Source of the DNA: Sarea resinae
Taxonomy: Eukaryota
Direction: 5' to 3'
NCBI GenBank assembly: GCA_026026165.1
Contig: JAPEUD010000004.1
Location: forward strand, 124,001 to 188,000
Length of the DNA stretch: 64,000 nt
Shown here: in pieces, positions 1 through 13,322 of the stretch
Layout of the letters: each line of letters starts with the position of its first letter
How positions within the stretch are numbered: the first letter of the stretch is position 1
Translations under genes and position numbers: made by a program
Notes under the pieces: model-generated
Databases searched by the model: none
What the model saw: only the letters and a program-made list of their open reading frames with translations
Told to the model about the DNA's origin: nothing

Positions 1-470
1 AAGCCTTGATGTGGGAATCTTGAAAATCTGTGTCCGTCATTTTATATCTTAGGATATCAACATTAATATCAAAGCTGGACACCGTATTGCTTATGTCAAA
101 TTTGCCTATAAATACTTCCTTTAATAGAGTTTAGTACCAGGTGTTGATTTGCCTCTATTTTGATTGAGCTTGCTATTGAATTATTGCCCTGACGCTCCCC
201 GGGATGAGCTACGACTGTATTCGATTGTTTGTTGACAGCGTCGTGACATGGCACAGAGCACAGAATAACATAGACGTACTACTGCACCTTCTCCTCGCTT
301 GAAAGATCGCCGATGATTGATTCGCGCAAATGTCAACATCAGACTCTAAGTCCACGTAGCCTCGATGACTGTAAGGCACGTGCTCTATTCATGCTCACTA
401 GCATTGGGGGCTCTCCAAAATCCAGAATCCATTCAACTCCAGGTCTAGACGCTTGACGGGATCCGAGATC

Positions 471-1176
471 ATGAATTCGCTACATTCGCCAGTGGTCAGA
501 GCCACCATTCAGGCTGCTGGTCTTAGCGCCATCTCAGCTTTTCTAGCACAAGCTATCACAGCACACAAACAAGAGGTACAATCCAATCAAGCAATCGCCA
601 ATTCTGCTATGGACACTGATTTACCTGGCGAACCACATGCAGGCCACTTTGCAAGTTGAATTGACTCCCATGTTGCATTTCGTTCTCTTCAATGTCTTGA
701 GCACACCGCCAAATTTCTTCTGGCAGCGATTCCTTGAAGAAAGCTTTCCCGGAGACTGCCTGGTACCAGTCAGAAAGGGTAACGGCGCCGAGGAGAAGAC
801 CGTGACGGAAAGACGTCTTGATTGGCCTAATACCCTGAAAAAGTTGTTGTTGGATCAGACGGTGGGAACGACTGTTAATACAATTCTCTTCATTGCCGGT
901 CTGGGTTCTATCAAAGGCATGAACTTGGAGCAGATAGTCGGTGCAATTGGCCAGGTATGATTCCCTCACTAGTTGAAGCTCTCTTCTTCCAATCCAAAAT
1001 GAAATTAAGGCGGCCATTGCTAGGACTTTTGGCCTATGATAAGAGCAGGCCTCAAGCTTTGGCCGATGGTCTCGGTAATCTCGTTCACTGTTGTGCCAGT
1101 GGAGCAAAGACTCGTCTTTGGCAGCCTTGTTGGCGTTGGATGGGGGGTCTTTTTAAGCTTGGCGGTTGCGGGATAG
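471..1176 (+). CDS. Mpv17/PMP22 family membrane protein (3 exons: 471-575, 643-954, 1024-1176)
   Basis: Spliced translation gives TPPNFFWQRFLEESFP, KKLLLDQTVG and DFWPMIRAGLKLWPMVSVISFTVVPVEQRLVFGSLVGVGWGVFLSL, typical of the family; GT-AG introns; TAG at 1174-1176. Confidence 0.85.
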
Positions 1177-3784
1177 CCGGGGGTAGCACGGAGCTGGTCT
1201 GGGGGAGTATCTTCTTATCAACGATTCTAGATGCTCGTGCATAGGTGGTCATGGGCACCATACACTCAAGATATTTAAATCGATGTCCAGTCTGCCTATT
1301 CGGGCATTCCTACTGCTAAAGCGCACCTTTGCATTGTAGGGGTTGCCCGCTTAGCAAATTGATGCACTGCCCCTTCCAACAACCCCGAGGAGTGGGGGAG
1401 AAGGAGAAGCTGTCCCAGGCACCGCCCTGACAAGTGGAACGAGCCGGACAAATCGTCCCAGCACGAAGCCACGAAACAAACTGCCAATATATATAATCAT
1501 ATATCGCACTTGCAGCAGTCGGCCTTGCAAACAATCGACAGACAGCACAGCCTACTTATTTCGAGGTTGCTTCCTGCCGTGTGTGAGCTTTTCACTGGGC
1601 AAGCACATTTCCTAGAGCGCTCGGCCTCTGGGACTCTGCCTTCGGCTCGCCTGCTTATCAGCGACAGATTGGGTAACGCCGCCATTTTATCGTCCCTTGG
1701 GCGGCTTAGCAGCGGTCGGGGCTGTCAGCCCTACCTCAAGGTAGGCACCAAGCTTAATTACGTATACCTTACTTTACTGTATGACGTACACTTTAGATGA
1801 CAAAAGAGCGTGCTGATGGCGAGGTGCCCTCCCAAACTTCATCATCGAGCAAAATATTATTAATTACCATAATGACTAATATCACACCGCATGGTCTTAT
1901 GATTGGTGCTGTGGGAAATGTTATGGAGATTATCACGTTCCCACATGACAATGGAAGACGCGAGGACGGAAAGCACCATCGCATTGCGCGATCCGCTCGG
2001 AGCCGACTGAATCTCACTGTTTTGATGTTCTGAAGGCGCAGAGAAGTCGCCAATCATACGCACTGGCCGGATCATGTCCGGGGTCCCTCATGGTAGAGCG
2101 AGGGTGAGAGCCTAGGCCATCCGTGGAATGGACGGGATGTTGCCTCGTGTCGCTCGGAAGGATTAGTTTATCCGGTTGTATGTACCTCCAGCTCCAGCTC
2201 CAGGCTTCATGTTCGAATGTTCCTCGGAACAGTCATCTCTCATCCACAACAGTAATCTCCAGCCATCTCCATTGTTCTACATCTCGAGCGGACAGTCATT
2301 GCGCCCATAACCGTTTCTATCTGCTACAATAGTGCCGACCTTAGGTGCTACACTACTAATAGGTAGCCAGATGAGGTGTACGCAGTACGTTAACCTCCCG
2401 GTGCCTGCAGCCCGAGGGCGTAGGGCGTGCGGCTCCCGTTGATCCTCACACAATCCCCTGCGTCACACGTTATGTCATTGGGTCACTGGGTCTTTGGCGC
2501 TTACCAGTAGCCGGGAACTGTTCCGAGACGGGGAACACTAACTGCTGACATCTCACTCCGTGACGATTTACTTCTTCAGTTGGTATATTGACCCTGCCAC
2601 CAACAACCTCATATGATCAGGGCAAGCGGCCGCCGATACTGGTCCCGCCTACAGATGATTTCATCATGCCATCTCTGAGAGCCCAAATGCCTCCCTGGCC
2701 GGCACCCCTTCTTGCTCAGCTGTCGGTTTAGTGGCGATAAAGCCGACAGAATTCCTAGACACTCTCTCTAGCTAGTCGAACATCATGTCTGCCTACCTTC
2801 CCCTTGCTCTTCTCCAGGCTGCGTGTACGCCGATGCCGAACAACAAGTCAATACGATATCCTTGCTTTCGCAGCTTTGGCCAGGCTAGCAAAATTCCGTG
2901 AGTACGTCTCCTCTCACCTCATTCGGTGGATCCGGAGTCATGCCAGTAATGCGTGGAACTTCGAGCTGCACATTCTCGAGAAGATTGCCCCGTCACCGAT
3001 TGCAAGTCAATATCGAATGTTGTAATGCTCACAAATACCCGGATTCCTTTCTTCTCCTCTAGACCTTCAAGTTGCGCAGCTGAATGATTTTGCTTTATTT
3101 ATCATCGTGGTGCTTACTGTGCTGACATGGAGCAACAAGTCCGCGTGCTTGCTTACATTTTGACTCGCATCGATGGCTCCTTCCAGAATGAATAATGACT
3201 ATTCTTGCGGCTGTGCTTTCCTCACCCGCGGCAAAATGGATGTTCATATTATGTTCTGTACGTGCGTTAAGAAGGATTCAGAATCTCTCAAATTCATCTG
3301 CATCTCAGCTGGAGTATATGTGTCTCGAGCCGTTATCACCACCCTACGTCAAAAGCTGTTGGCCATTCAAGAGAGAAAAAACCCCTCACCCTGAGCCTCT
3401 AAGCCTGGACTCAATCATTTGCATGATCATCAAGGAATCCTATTGGTGTTTAATGTATGGTGGTGGATATCAACGTGGAGTCTCATCACTATTCAGCTTT
3501 GACTAAGTTGCGCGGGGGCTATCAGAGTCCCATTGTGATTATCAGAGAGCACTGAGTCTGGCAGTCTCCGGGAAACAGTATTTGAATTCAGACAGTGTGC
3601 ACAGATTGGAATCTTGGATAAGCACCCAATATCAGCATCATACCTTCAGCATTGTCCTGAATTTCTTCATGCGACCCGCGTCACTCCAACCCATATAGGT
3701 CAAACCTCCTATCACGCTTCACAACGTTATTTAGAAGGGCGGAGGCAGTAAAGGACGACTGCATTAATTAAAGAGTCTATCAGC

Positions 3785-4630
3785 ATGTCCAACTACTCGT
3801 CATCGTCGCAAGGCCCACCATACGGAAATCCCGGACCTCATAATTACATAACTCCGGCGATGCTTGCGGATCCTCGATCTATAAGTCAGGTAAGCTCCGA
3901 AACAATTCTCGTTTGCTCTCCCTTCTTTTCCGACGAGCTTTCAAGACTCCGAGGCATCATTGCCGTTATATACGTAGCTTGGTGTTGTCCATGGAGAAAT
4001 AAGAATCAATTCATTCCCACGTTGTTCGAGGCTACTTCTATATTTTCTGGGTTCTACTTTGCTTCAATGAGTATACTGACAGATTTGATGCAAGAGCGAG
4101 AAGCTCCAACTTATAGATACGCTTCGCTCTCGCCGAACAAATACCCTCACTGAACTACGTCGAATTGAGAGGATCCTCGCGTATTTTCAAGAACGAAATG
4201 TCATCGACGCACTGCAAACAGCTTGGACTCACTATGTGAACTCGAACAACCTCATCAGCGAATTACGAGGCTTGACCAGGAACTATCCGTTTAGCTCGGA
4301 ATGTCTTGACGAGGCCAAGTGGAAAGTTATTGAAGACCCTGCAAGCCTACGAAGCTGGAATTATTGCTGGTTGGTGCTAGTCAAGGTTCAGAATGAGTGA
4401 AGCTCTCATGCAGTGGCTTTGAACAGCCGTTAGATGCTGACTCCTGAAAAAGTTCACTGATAGAGAAGCACGCTCGCATCCAAGCGGCAAAGCCGGCCAT
4501 GTGGGGAGACCATTCTCCTACCCCCGCCGCTGTCAATCAACTTGCCAATGCTTTCATCGCCGAATGGACTTGGGCGCTACACCAATTACTGAGGCATTGG
4601 GAGACACCACCTACATTTGGCAGCAGGTAG
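3785..4630 (+). CDS. Hypothetical fungal protein (3 exons), function unknown
   Basis: ATG 3785, donor GTAAGC 3890; exon 2 reads SEKLQLIDTLRSRRTNTLTELRRIERIL...NYPFSSECLDEAKW...RSWNYCWLVLVK; exon 3 ends AFIAEWTWALHQLLRHWETPPTFGSR* (TAG 4628-4630). Largely missed by the ORF track. Confidence 0.75.
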
Positions 4631-6382
4631 TGGAGGTGGACATGATTTTGAGCGTGCTTGTTGCGGGCGAGGCGTATACTCTTACTGCTGTAAGACGGCA
4701 TTTCGATAATATTTGTAGAGATCGTATCGCATTATAACAGCTCCTCTCGATCTTGATAATGTCCTTAAGGCAGAATAGAGCGCACATTAAATGGTTTCCA
4801 TACCATAGATTGCACGGCTGAGCCACTATCAGTCATGCTTTAGAGATTTGTTAAGAAGACGATGGGTGCCTACTACGAGTACAAGGATCAAAATCCGTCA
4901 AAGATGTTAGGTAAGCCTGATTTGTAAGTGAGCGGAAGTATTCATTGCCACGCGCTGTTGTGGTGTACTGTAGTATTGAAGGTACTTCTACGAGTAGATG
5001 GCAGGTACCGCGGTAGCTTGCGTGAAGGTGGAGGAATCTCGATGTTTACCCGATCGGGATGATTACATAAGGTACGTCATCCGTCGAGTCGAGAGAGGAC
5101 GGCTTGGGCCCTTGAGTCCTGTTTTCATCTCCACTAGGCGTCAACCACGGATCACGTCTTACAAGCTCATCTAGAGGGCACGGACTAAGCTCTTAGAACC
5201 CGCATCGAGCATGAAGATCAGTGTCTCGATGACGGGCGCTTGTCGCGAACGGCCGCGCAATCGTCAATGCATGATGGGCTGTGATTTCATTTCAGCATTG
5301 CGACAGCAACAGCGGTCAGACCTACCTGGGCCTTACGCAAGCCCAGTGACGGCGCTGTTGGCGAGCTGGATTTCGATCAGAATGATGCGACGTCGACCGC
5401 CTTCCATCGAGACTCACGGAAGATTATCATGGAGACAGGTGGTGGCGTCTGCTGGGATAGACCGCTGAAGGGTTCAGCCAGCAGCGATATACGTAAGGGT
5501 GTCGTGAATCCATTACCTGTTCGGTCGCCAGACAACCTGGAAGCAAATCTTCTTTTCCCTCGAGGCGCGGAGCGAGTGGCATCCGAAGACAGTCTGATCT
5601 CGACACAAAAGGGAACGAGGCTGTCGTCTTCCGATCATCATTGGCTCCCGAGGTCGTCCTTGTTCTGATCTCGACCCAAAGGTATGCGCTAAAACGATCG
5701 TCGCCCGATCAGGCCTCGGTGGCTTGCGCGCTAACTTTAAGGTTGATTACTCCCCGCCCTCGATCCAAACTCCCCCTCTTCCCCTGTGGATCTTCTGTGG
5801 ATCATCTGTGGACTTTCACTCACGCACCTGCTCACAGCACCTGCTCACAGACACTTCACTTGCATGGATGCTTCACGTGGGTCGACACCATTCCCGAAGA
5901 AGATCGATGCAAAGCCCAAGGAAAATCATGGCCAGAGGAGAAAGTCTCTCTTCCGGGTCTTGGTAGACCCGATCGCTTGCCTCTACTGCTCCCATCATGC
6001 TCAAGCCCCTCGGTTCACACTCTATCCGGGAGCTTGTTGCCACTACCTCTCCGCGTCTCGAGTGGATTCCAGCACCCGATCTAACAACGACGTCAGGTCT
6101 GGATGCAAACAGCACCCAGGATGCGCAGCTCCAATGATGATGCGACCTTTTTGTGCGGAGTTGGCTTCCGTTCCCATGAAGGGCGTCTGAGCCTCACGGT
6201 CCTTGGCACGGTTCAGTCTGCTACATATAACAGATGGTTCCCATCGGTTCTGCTTGCGGGTTGCGTTCAAATCCTGAAATTCTCTATTCCAATTTGAATT
6301 GTCTCCTCTCAACGCGCGAAGGACTTTTTACGCCCAGATTCCGATCGTGCCGCCTTTTGTTCATCATATTCGCTCAGTCACA

Positions 6383-7598
6383 ATGAAGCTCCTCCTACTA
6401 CTCGCTGCATCCGCTGGGCTCAGTTCGGCAGCTGTTCTCAAGCAGATCAGGGATGAGAGCCCTGCGCCTTCCCGTATGCTCAGACGGCAATATGTTGCTC
6501 CGACCACAAACCTGACTGATGGTAAGACATCTATTGCTACGAGGACTTGAATCTTATTAACCCCGTGCCTTTTCTATAGGCGACATTCTCAACTATGCTT
6601 TGACTCTGGAGCACCTCGGTAAGAGAGACTCAAGTTGCGTCAATTGAAATTGTTGTTTGGCTCATTATCGCCAGAGGATACGTTCTACCGCACAGGATTG
6701 GCCAACTTCACCGAAGCCGACTTCACTAAAGCTGGATATAATGGCTCTTTCTACAATAATCTCAAGATGATCTCATCGGATGAAACCACTCACGTCAGCT
6801 TCCTAACTTCAGCTCTCAAGGGTCAGTCATTTCTCTTCACAGCTTTGTGCCGTAGCTAATATGCATACAGCTGCCAATGTCACCCCAGTTGCCGCATGCA
6901 ACTACTCATTTCCTGTCACCGATCCCAAGACTTTCCTGGCCACTGCTAGCGCGCTTGAAGGTATTTTCTATTCAATGGCAAGGATAGAGCTCGTGGCTTA
7001 CATCAACACTAGGCGTCGGCGTTTCGGCCTACTTGGGTGCGGCAGCAGATATCATGAACAAGACATACCTTACTGCTGCAGCTTCTATCCTCACGACCGA
7101 ATCGCGCCACTCGGCATACATTCGTGCGCAGCTAGATGAGAGTCCATTCGCTTCGCCTTTCGATGTTCCTCTTGATCCTGATGAAGTTTATACATTGGCT
7201 GCCGCCTTTATCAAATCTTGCCCTATGTCGAATCCGGCACTGCCCGTCAAGGCCTTCCCATCGCTTACCTACAAGAACACTTCCTCCTCGCCTGCCTTGA
7301 GTAACTCCACAGCAACGTTCATGACCAACGCTTCCTCATCGGCAAATGGAACGGTCTACGGTGCCTTCATCACTGTGACTGGACCCATCATTGTTCCGGC
7401 CCAGGCTGTCAGTGGTGGCTTCAGTCTGATGGTCCCCGCGAATGTCAGCGGTCAGAGCTACGTGGTCCTTACGGATTCGAATATGACAGTCAGCGACGAT
7501 ACCATCACGGCTGGCCCAGCCATCATCGAGGTAAACAATCCTTCTAGCCCAAAAACTTCTTGGTCGCATAATAACATCATGGGCAGGTTAACGACTAA
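6383..7598 (+). CDS. rds1: Secreted Rds1-like ferritin-fold (Ferritin_2) stress protein, multi-exon
   Basis: Signal peptide [16 protein letters not shown]; spliced motifs [48 protein letters not shown]; last intron 7531-7586 then VND*. Confidence 0.85.
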
Positions 7599-8483
7599 GG
7601 AGCACGAAACGTCCCGACCGGCCCAATCTCTAATCTAATACTTTCTGTATGCACGGCTTCGCACGCATATCATTCCCTAGCTTCTTGAATGGCAGCTGTC
7701 AATTTGCTTCGACGTTGGTTGCGGGCTTATCAAATATGTATCGCGAATCCACGAAAGCTTAATGTAGTCGGTATAGGCAATGGAAATTAAGTACCATAGC
7801 TTTATTGAGCAATTACGGAACCCTATCATGATCCTTTTGCCTCTCGAGCGAAGGTGGTATGGCAATCTACGATGCCAGTATCCGTCATGCATTGTGATCG
7901 TGAAGTGCGGAGTACGCAGTAGATGGAGGCTTCGCCCAGCCAATGATCGGTAAGATATCGTGCGGGGAAGGTCGCTGAGGCGCTGAAGGCCTCGAGACGC
8001 TGGAAATGGGTCGAGGCGAACATCCAGGACGGTACCAAGTGCCGACCCACGGGATTTGCGGTAGTCGATGGCGTAGTCGATGATCATTGGCGAACTACTC
8101 CGGAGTATCTGAACTGCGTGAGCTACCTCGGCGATCTTCCCCAGATGACCTGCACACCTCAGGTAGCCACAATGATTCGCCAAGAACAGCAGCGAGCGTC
8201 TGCAATTCATCAAAACACCTGCCTGACCCTGGCGAACCCAGGCGTACGGCATGGACGACGTGGTAGGCCGGGGAGATGCCGTCTCTACCTGCTTTGCAGA
8301 TGCCGTTGCGGCACATCTTTCGGATGATACGTGCATCTGAATTGGTCTCCAAGGCGGCTTGCTTAGGGAGATTGATGCCCGTGGATCTTGGCCCATTTGC
8401 TTTTCTCGTCAGCCTTCGATTTTCTTGCTCGTATATGTCTGTATCAAACCATTGAAAAATCCCCAGAGCAGTTCGTCATCACA

Positions 8484-10962
8484 ATGGCACTTGGTAAGGA
8501 CACATTCCTAATTTTCTCGTGCTCCATTTGATTAACATCATCCGACGAGTAGCGACGGCCACCATTGCAGGAACCACCGCAGTAGCAGCATACCTGGACG
8601 CAAGATTGCACCTGAGCAAAGATGTCCAAATCATCAGGAATGCTCGCAAGACGACAAAAAACTATCAGAAGGCGGGTCTGTTGCCTTTACAGTCGTTCGT
8701 TGGCTCCTTCTGCAATGCTCCGATGGCTGAGTTGAGAGTACTGCGCAGTCAAAGCAGGAAAGCAATCACTTTGGTATCTCTTCGAAGAGCAAGCCAAACG
8801 TATCCCTTCGGAACCGAGCATATGGTCTCGGGCAGGCTGCTACACCTGGCGCGAAACCTATGCTCAAGCCTGTCGATATGCTCAGCACTTTCTATCCCTT
8901 GGCGTTCGCCGGGGAGACTTGGTAGCTCTTTGCCTGCAGAATTGTCCCGAGTTTGTCTTTGCATGGCTAGGCCTTTGGGCAATCGGGAGTGCTCCGGCTA
9001 TGATCAATTGCAACCTCGCAGGAGATGCTCTGGTCCACTGCCTCAAAGTATCTCGAGCAAAGGTACTAATGCTAGATGCAGAAGATGAGTTGAAAGGGCG
9101 AGCGGAAAATGTCAGGGAGAGGATTGAGGGGGGGTTGAATATGACTATGGTCATCCTGACAGATTCATTGAAAAGCGACATCAGCAATCTGGAGCCTAGC
9201 ACGCCGGACCAAGCGCTCTCGGCCAACATGTCCGGCGACTCTCCAATGGGGCTGTTCTATACCAGGTAAGGAAACACTCTGCTCTTTGGAGGCTGAGATA
9301 GGAAATTCTCATCATGACAGCGGAACGACCGGCCTGTCAAAAGCCTGTGTGTTCCCCATGGCTCAAGGCTGGTTCCTGGGTGGATACCGGATCGAATCTG
9401 TCCGTATAAAGCCAGGTCCAAACGGCGATCGATGGTACAATTGCATGCCTATGTACCATGGCACGGGTGGGACGGTCTCAGTTACCTGCTTGACCGTCGG
9501 TGTCACACTCTGCATTGGCAAGAGATTCAGCACGACGAGATTCTGGGACGATATCAGAGACTCGAGAGCTACTGCGTTCGTATATGTAGGAGAGACCGCG
9601 AGGTATCTACTTGCGGCACCGCCGAGTCCGAAGGACAAAGAGCACGATGTCAGGTTGATGTTTGGTAATGGCTTAAGGCCCGATGTATGGACGAGATTCC
9701 AGGAGAGGTTTGATGTGCCTGAAGTTGCAGAATTCTTCAATAGCACCGAAGGTGTCTTTGGATTATTGAACTATACTCGAGGTAAGTCTCTCACTCTTCC
9801 CCCTTGCCCCTTTACACTCGAACAACACCGGACCTATCTCCTACCGGTAGTTTCGAGATGAGTAGTCCCGCCCCAGAAGCTAATTTTCATTCAGGAGAAT
9901 ACTTGGCCACAGCAGTCGGTCACCACGGCTATCTCTTTCGCCAGCACTTCAACGACATTTACGTTCCCGTCAAGACTGACCTCCTCACCGGCGAAATTCT
10001 CCGAGATCCCAGCACGGGTTTTGCTAAACGCTCAAGCTACGAAGAAGGCGGCGAGATCTTCGTCGCCATCCCCGACGAAAAAGCTTTTCAGGGGTAAGTA
10101 TATTCAATCTTACCGGCATGTCACCATTTTCGACCTCGGCTTTCCCACCCTGACTGAAATTGTTCCTTCTTCGCCCGTACTAATGCGGCTCAGATACTTC
10201 AACGCCCCTGCCACAGCCACAGCCCAAAAGTTCGCCCGCGACGTCTTCCGCAAAGGCGACCTCTACTACCGCACAGGCGACGCCCTACGGCGTACACCCG
10301 ATGGCCGTTGGTTCTTCCTCGATCGCCTTGGCGATACGTTCCGCTGGAAGGGCCACAACGTTTCGACGGCCGAGGTGGCCGAATGTCTCGGACGTTTCGC
10401 AGGCATTGTCGAAGCTAATGTATATGGCGTCGAAGTGCCCGGGCATGATGGACGAGCCGGGTGCGCAGCATTATTCTTGAGTCCGGGACAGTGGAAGGGG
10501 GAGTGGTCGGGATTGCTAAGGTGGGGTTATTGTTCTTCTCTTCTCAAGCTTTTTTTGTCTCTCGTCTAAGGGGCGCGGATGCTTTTGCTGGTGTTGGCAT
10601 GGCTTTGCTAATGATTACGATTTTCCTCGCGGATGGACAGGCACGCGCGCGATCATCTCCCTGGCTACGCCGTCCCAGTTTTCCTGCGCGTCATAGACCA
10701 AACCACCTCCTTCTCCTCCTCACGACTCCATCTCAACGGAAACAACAAGCAGATCAAGGGCCCGCTAAGGGCGCAAGGTGTCGATCCCGCGAAAGTGGAT
10801 AAAGGGGACCGGATCATGTGGTTGAGACCTGGGGGGGATGGCAAAAAGAAGGGGAAAGAGAAAGATGGGGTGCGGGCAGGTAACAATGGGGGCTACGTCG
10901 ACTTTACGCCTGCGGACTGGGAGGGTCTCGTGAACGGTGGGGTGGAAAATGCGAGATTGTAG
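8484..10962 (+). CDS. Fatty-acid transport protein / very-long-chain acyl-CoA synthetase (Fat1/CefD1-like), C-terminal PTS1-like ARL
   Basis: AMP-binding YTSGTTGLSKA across an intron, YVGETARYL, FGNGLRPDVW, EFFNSTEG, FATP signature GDLYYRTGDALR...FLDRLGDTFRWKGHNVSTAEV. Confidence 0.92.
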
Positions 10963-11806
10963 CTGACTGGACGCTTGCGCGATCGAGGCCGTCGTGGCAG
11001 AAATTTGTCGCCCTCGTCCTCGTCCTCGTCGTCGGCGTCATAGAGTGGCATATTATGACGGAAAGCAACGGCATAGCACACGATGAACAGGCAAAGAACA
11101 TGATTTTATAATTTCACAAGTCCCGTGCAAAGGAATCTATAATCTATCTCCTGTCAGATCAAATCAGATGTACGTCGTATTACTTAAACGTTCAAACATG
11201 AAAGTGAGGAGATAGTAGGGGCCGCGGCCGCCTTGTTTAGCTGTTGCTGGAAATTGCGGGGAACATATATATCACATACGGAACACACTCTTCCATCTTC
11301 TTCCGATGGGAGCTAGGAGACCAAAAAGGCCGGGAACTTGTAAACTGGTCCTCATATTAATCCACGCATTGTGCTTTCTAATATTTGGTTTGATTCCACA
11401 AAGATTTGGGGTTTGAACTTTACTATTTCATGAATTCATAACATTTCTCTCTCGCTGTCGCTACACCCAGATTGTTTTTTCTATATCTGTACACGCATCC
11501 ATGTATGGAGACGATGGGGGCTATTTCTTGGATCGAATTCGCCGGCCCGCCAGCGTGTTGCGGATGTCTGGTAGGGGCCTGCATGCTTGTTCTTCCCTTG
11601 TCGCCTTCATCCTCATCGTCATTATCATCACCGGCTTCTGCGTGCTTCGGGTCCTCGGGGGCGTTGCGTCAGCAGCAGTTATTTTCGCTGTCTGCCGGCT
11701 CCACTGGCTATGCCCATCTCGCTCTTTTTACCGAACAACGAATCGACTGCCGCGAAAAGCATTTGATGCCGTCCCGCTTCTCAACATCACGCTCTCTCTC
11801 ACGCCC

Positions 11807-12965
11807 TCACGCCCGACTCAGAATCCACATGAATACAAATTGCACGACGTATGAGTACAGGAACAGAAACTGGGTTCTCCGATTGCGCTGCGCGCGCGCG
11901 ACGGTATGCATACTGCCGCGGGTGCCGTCGTTGCTGTTCTCGGGCAGGAGCACGTACTTCAAGGACCGCAGCAGGAAGAAGGCGGTCGCGAGGAAGGTGT
12001 AGCCGAAGACGGTCCAGCCGATCCAGCCGCCCGTGCCGCGGCCGCCCGACAGCACCTCCGAGACCACGAGCGTGACGATGATGCCGACGAACTTGTAGCC
12101 TGAGTAGGCGACTAGGTCCAGCAGTTGCGACTCGTTGCTGATGGAGAGCAGGTAGCAGCCCAATTTGAGGGCGAGGATCTCGAAGATGACGATCGCGAAG
12201 GCGGTTGTTGCCGTGAGGCCGAGGAGCTCGGGGTGGAAGGCTCCGCGTAGGCCGGCGAGAAGCGTGGAGAGGAGGATGTAGGTCACGAATGCCATTACTT
12301 TTATGAGGTTAGCTGAGCAATCCCACGCGTGCAAGTAATGACTTATTGCCGATGTATAAGGGAAGGGAGGTGTAGGGGGGGCAGCTAAATTACCTGGAAT
12401 ATACATGTCCGGGCTATTGATGTCTTCGCGCGGAGGGAGGAAATAGCCTTCTTGGCCTCCAGGAGAGAGGCGCTGGGCACGCGACCAGGGCTTGTGCCGC
12501 CAAGGGAAGAGGACGAGAGCGAGCTTGGAGAGGACGTAGGAGTTTGAGACGTTGAAGTAATGTTTCAGGGCGCTCACGTTGACGTAGCGATTGAACTGGA
12601 ATTGGAAGTGAGGTTAGATCCTGGTTGATAGCTTCGATTGGTTTTCGGGAGACACGTACGTTCTGCTCCATGTAGTCATGGCCAGCCATCATCGCGCTCT
12701 TGCCCACTTGGAACCCCATCTGTGCCGTCTGGTCATTCATGATATTCCCGAATGCTGGGTGCATGTGGGCGCTGGAGCTGCCCGCTGCGCCGGTGCCGGC
12801 GGCGGCGGCACCCTGTGGCTGATAGGGATTGCCATAGCTGGCTTGCTGCTGATGCAGAGGGGCCGGTGGTGGGGGTGAGCGCATCATGGGCACTGTAGAG
12901 ACATGCTGGGGGACGGGGTGGTGGAGGGGAGGAGATTGCGCCGGGGCGTAGGACGGCCGTTGCAT
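11807..12965 (-). CDS. YIF1: Yif1/Hrf1 ER-Golgi transport membrane protein
   Basis: LKHYFNVSNSYVLSKLALVLFPWRHKPW, PPREDINSPDMYIP, DLVAYSGYKFVG, FFLLRSLKYVLLP; two introns. Confidence 0.93.
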
Positions 12966-13322
12966 TGCGAAGGGGAGGGAGGGAGATCTGGGAGGCTGGA
13001 GGCAGAAAAGGAGGTGCAAGGAGACGACGGCCGAGGAGAGGCTATTGTAGGTGCATCCACGGAGCAGCTTCGCGAGGATGATATGAAGAGAATGGAGGAT
13101 CAGGGAGGTTGCGGTGATGCGTATGTGTACTTCGACGTACTCTGTATGTATGGGAAATGTGTCGCCGCGTGGTCGAGATGATAGGTCTGCCCCGGCATTT
13201 GCCGCTATCTACTTCGTACTGTACTCTCTCGCGCTGCCACAACTCTTTCACGACTCAATGTCCTGTATCGGTATCCTCGCACCGCATTCGCAAATCTCCC
13301 CTCACTCTTTGCCAGTCCCAAC

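Noticed and set aside
1..200. AT/TpA-rich start as a RIP-degraded transposon edge
   Set aside because: Too short; no terminal repeat or coding remnant visible
2785..3090. Possible small spliced gene (GTGAGT 2898 to TAG 3062)
   Set aside because: Product is short and featureless; could be UTR or noise
7677..8396. 239-aa minus-strand ORF
   Set aside because: No domain or codon bias; spans the rds1 3' region and the FATP promoter
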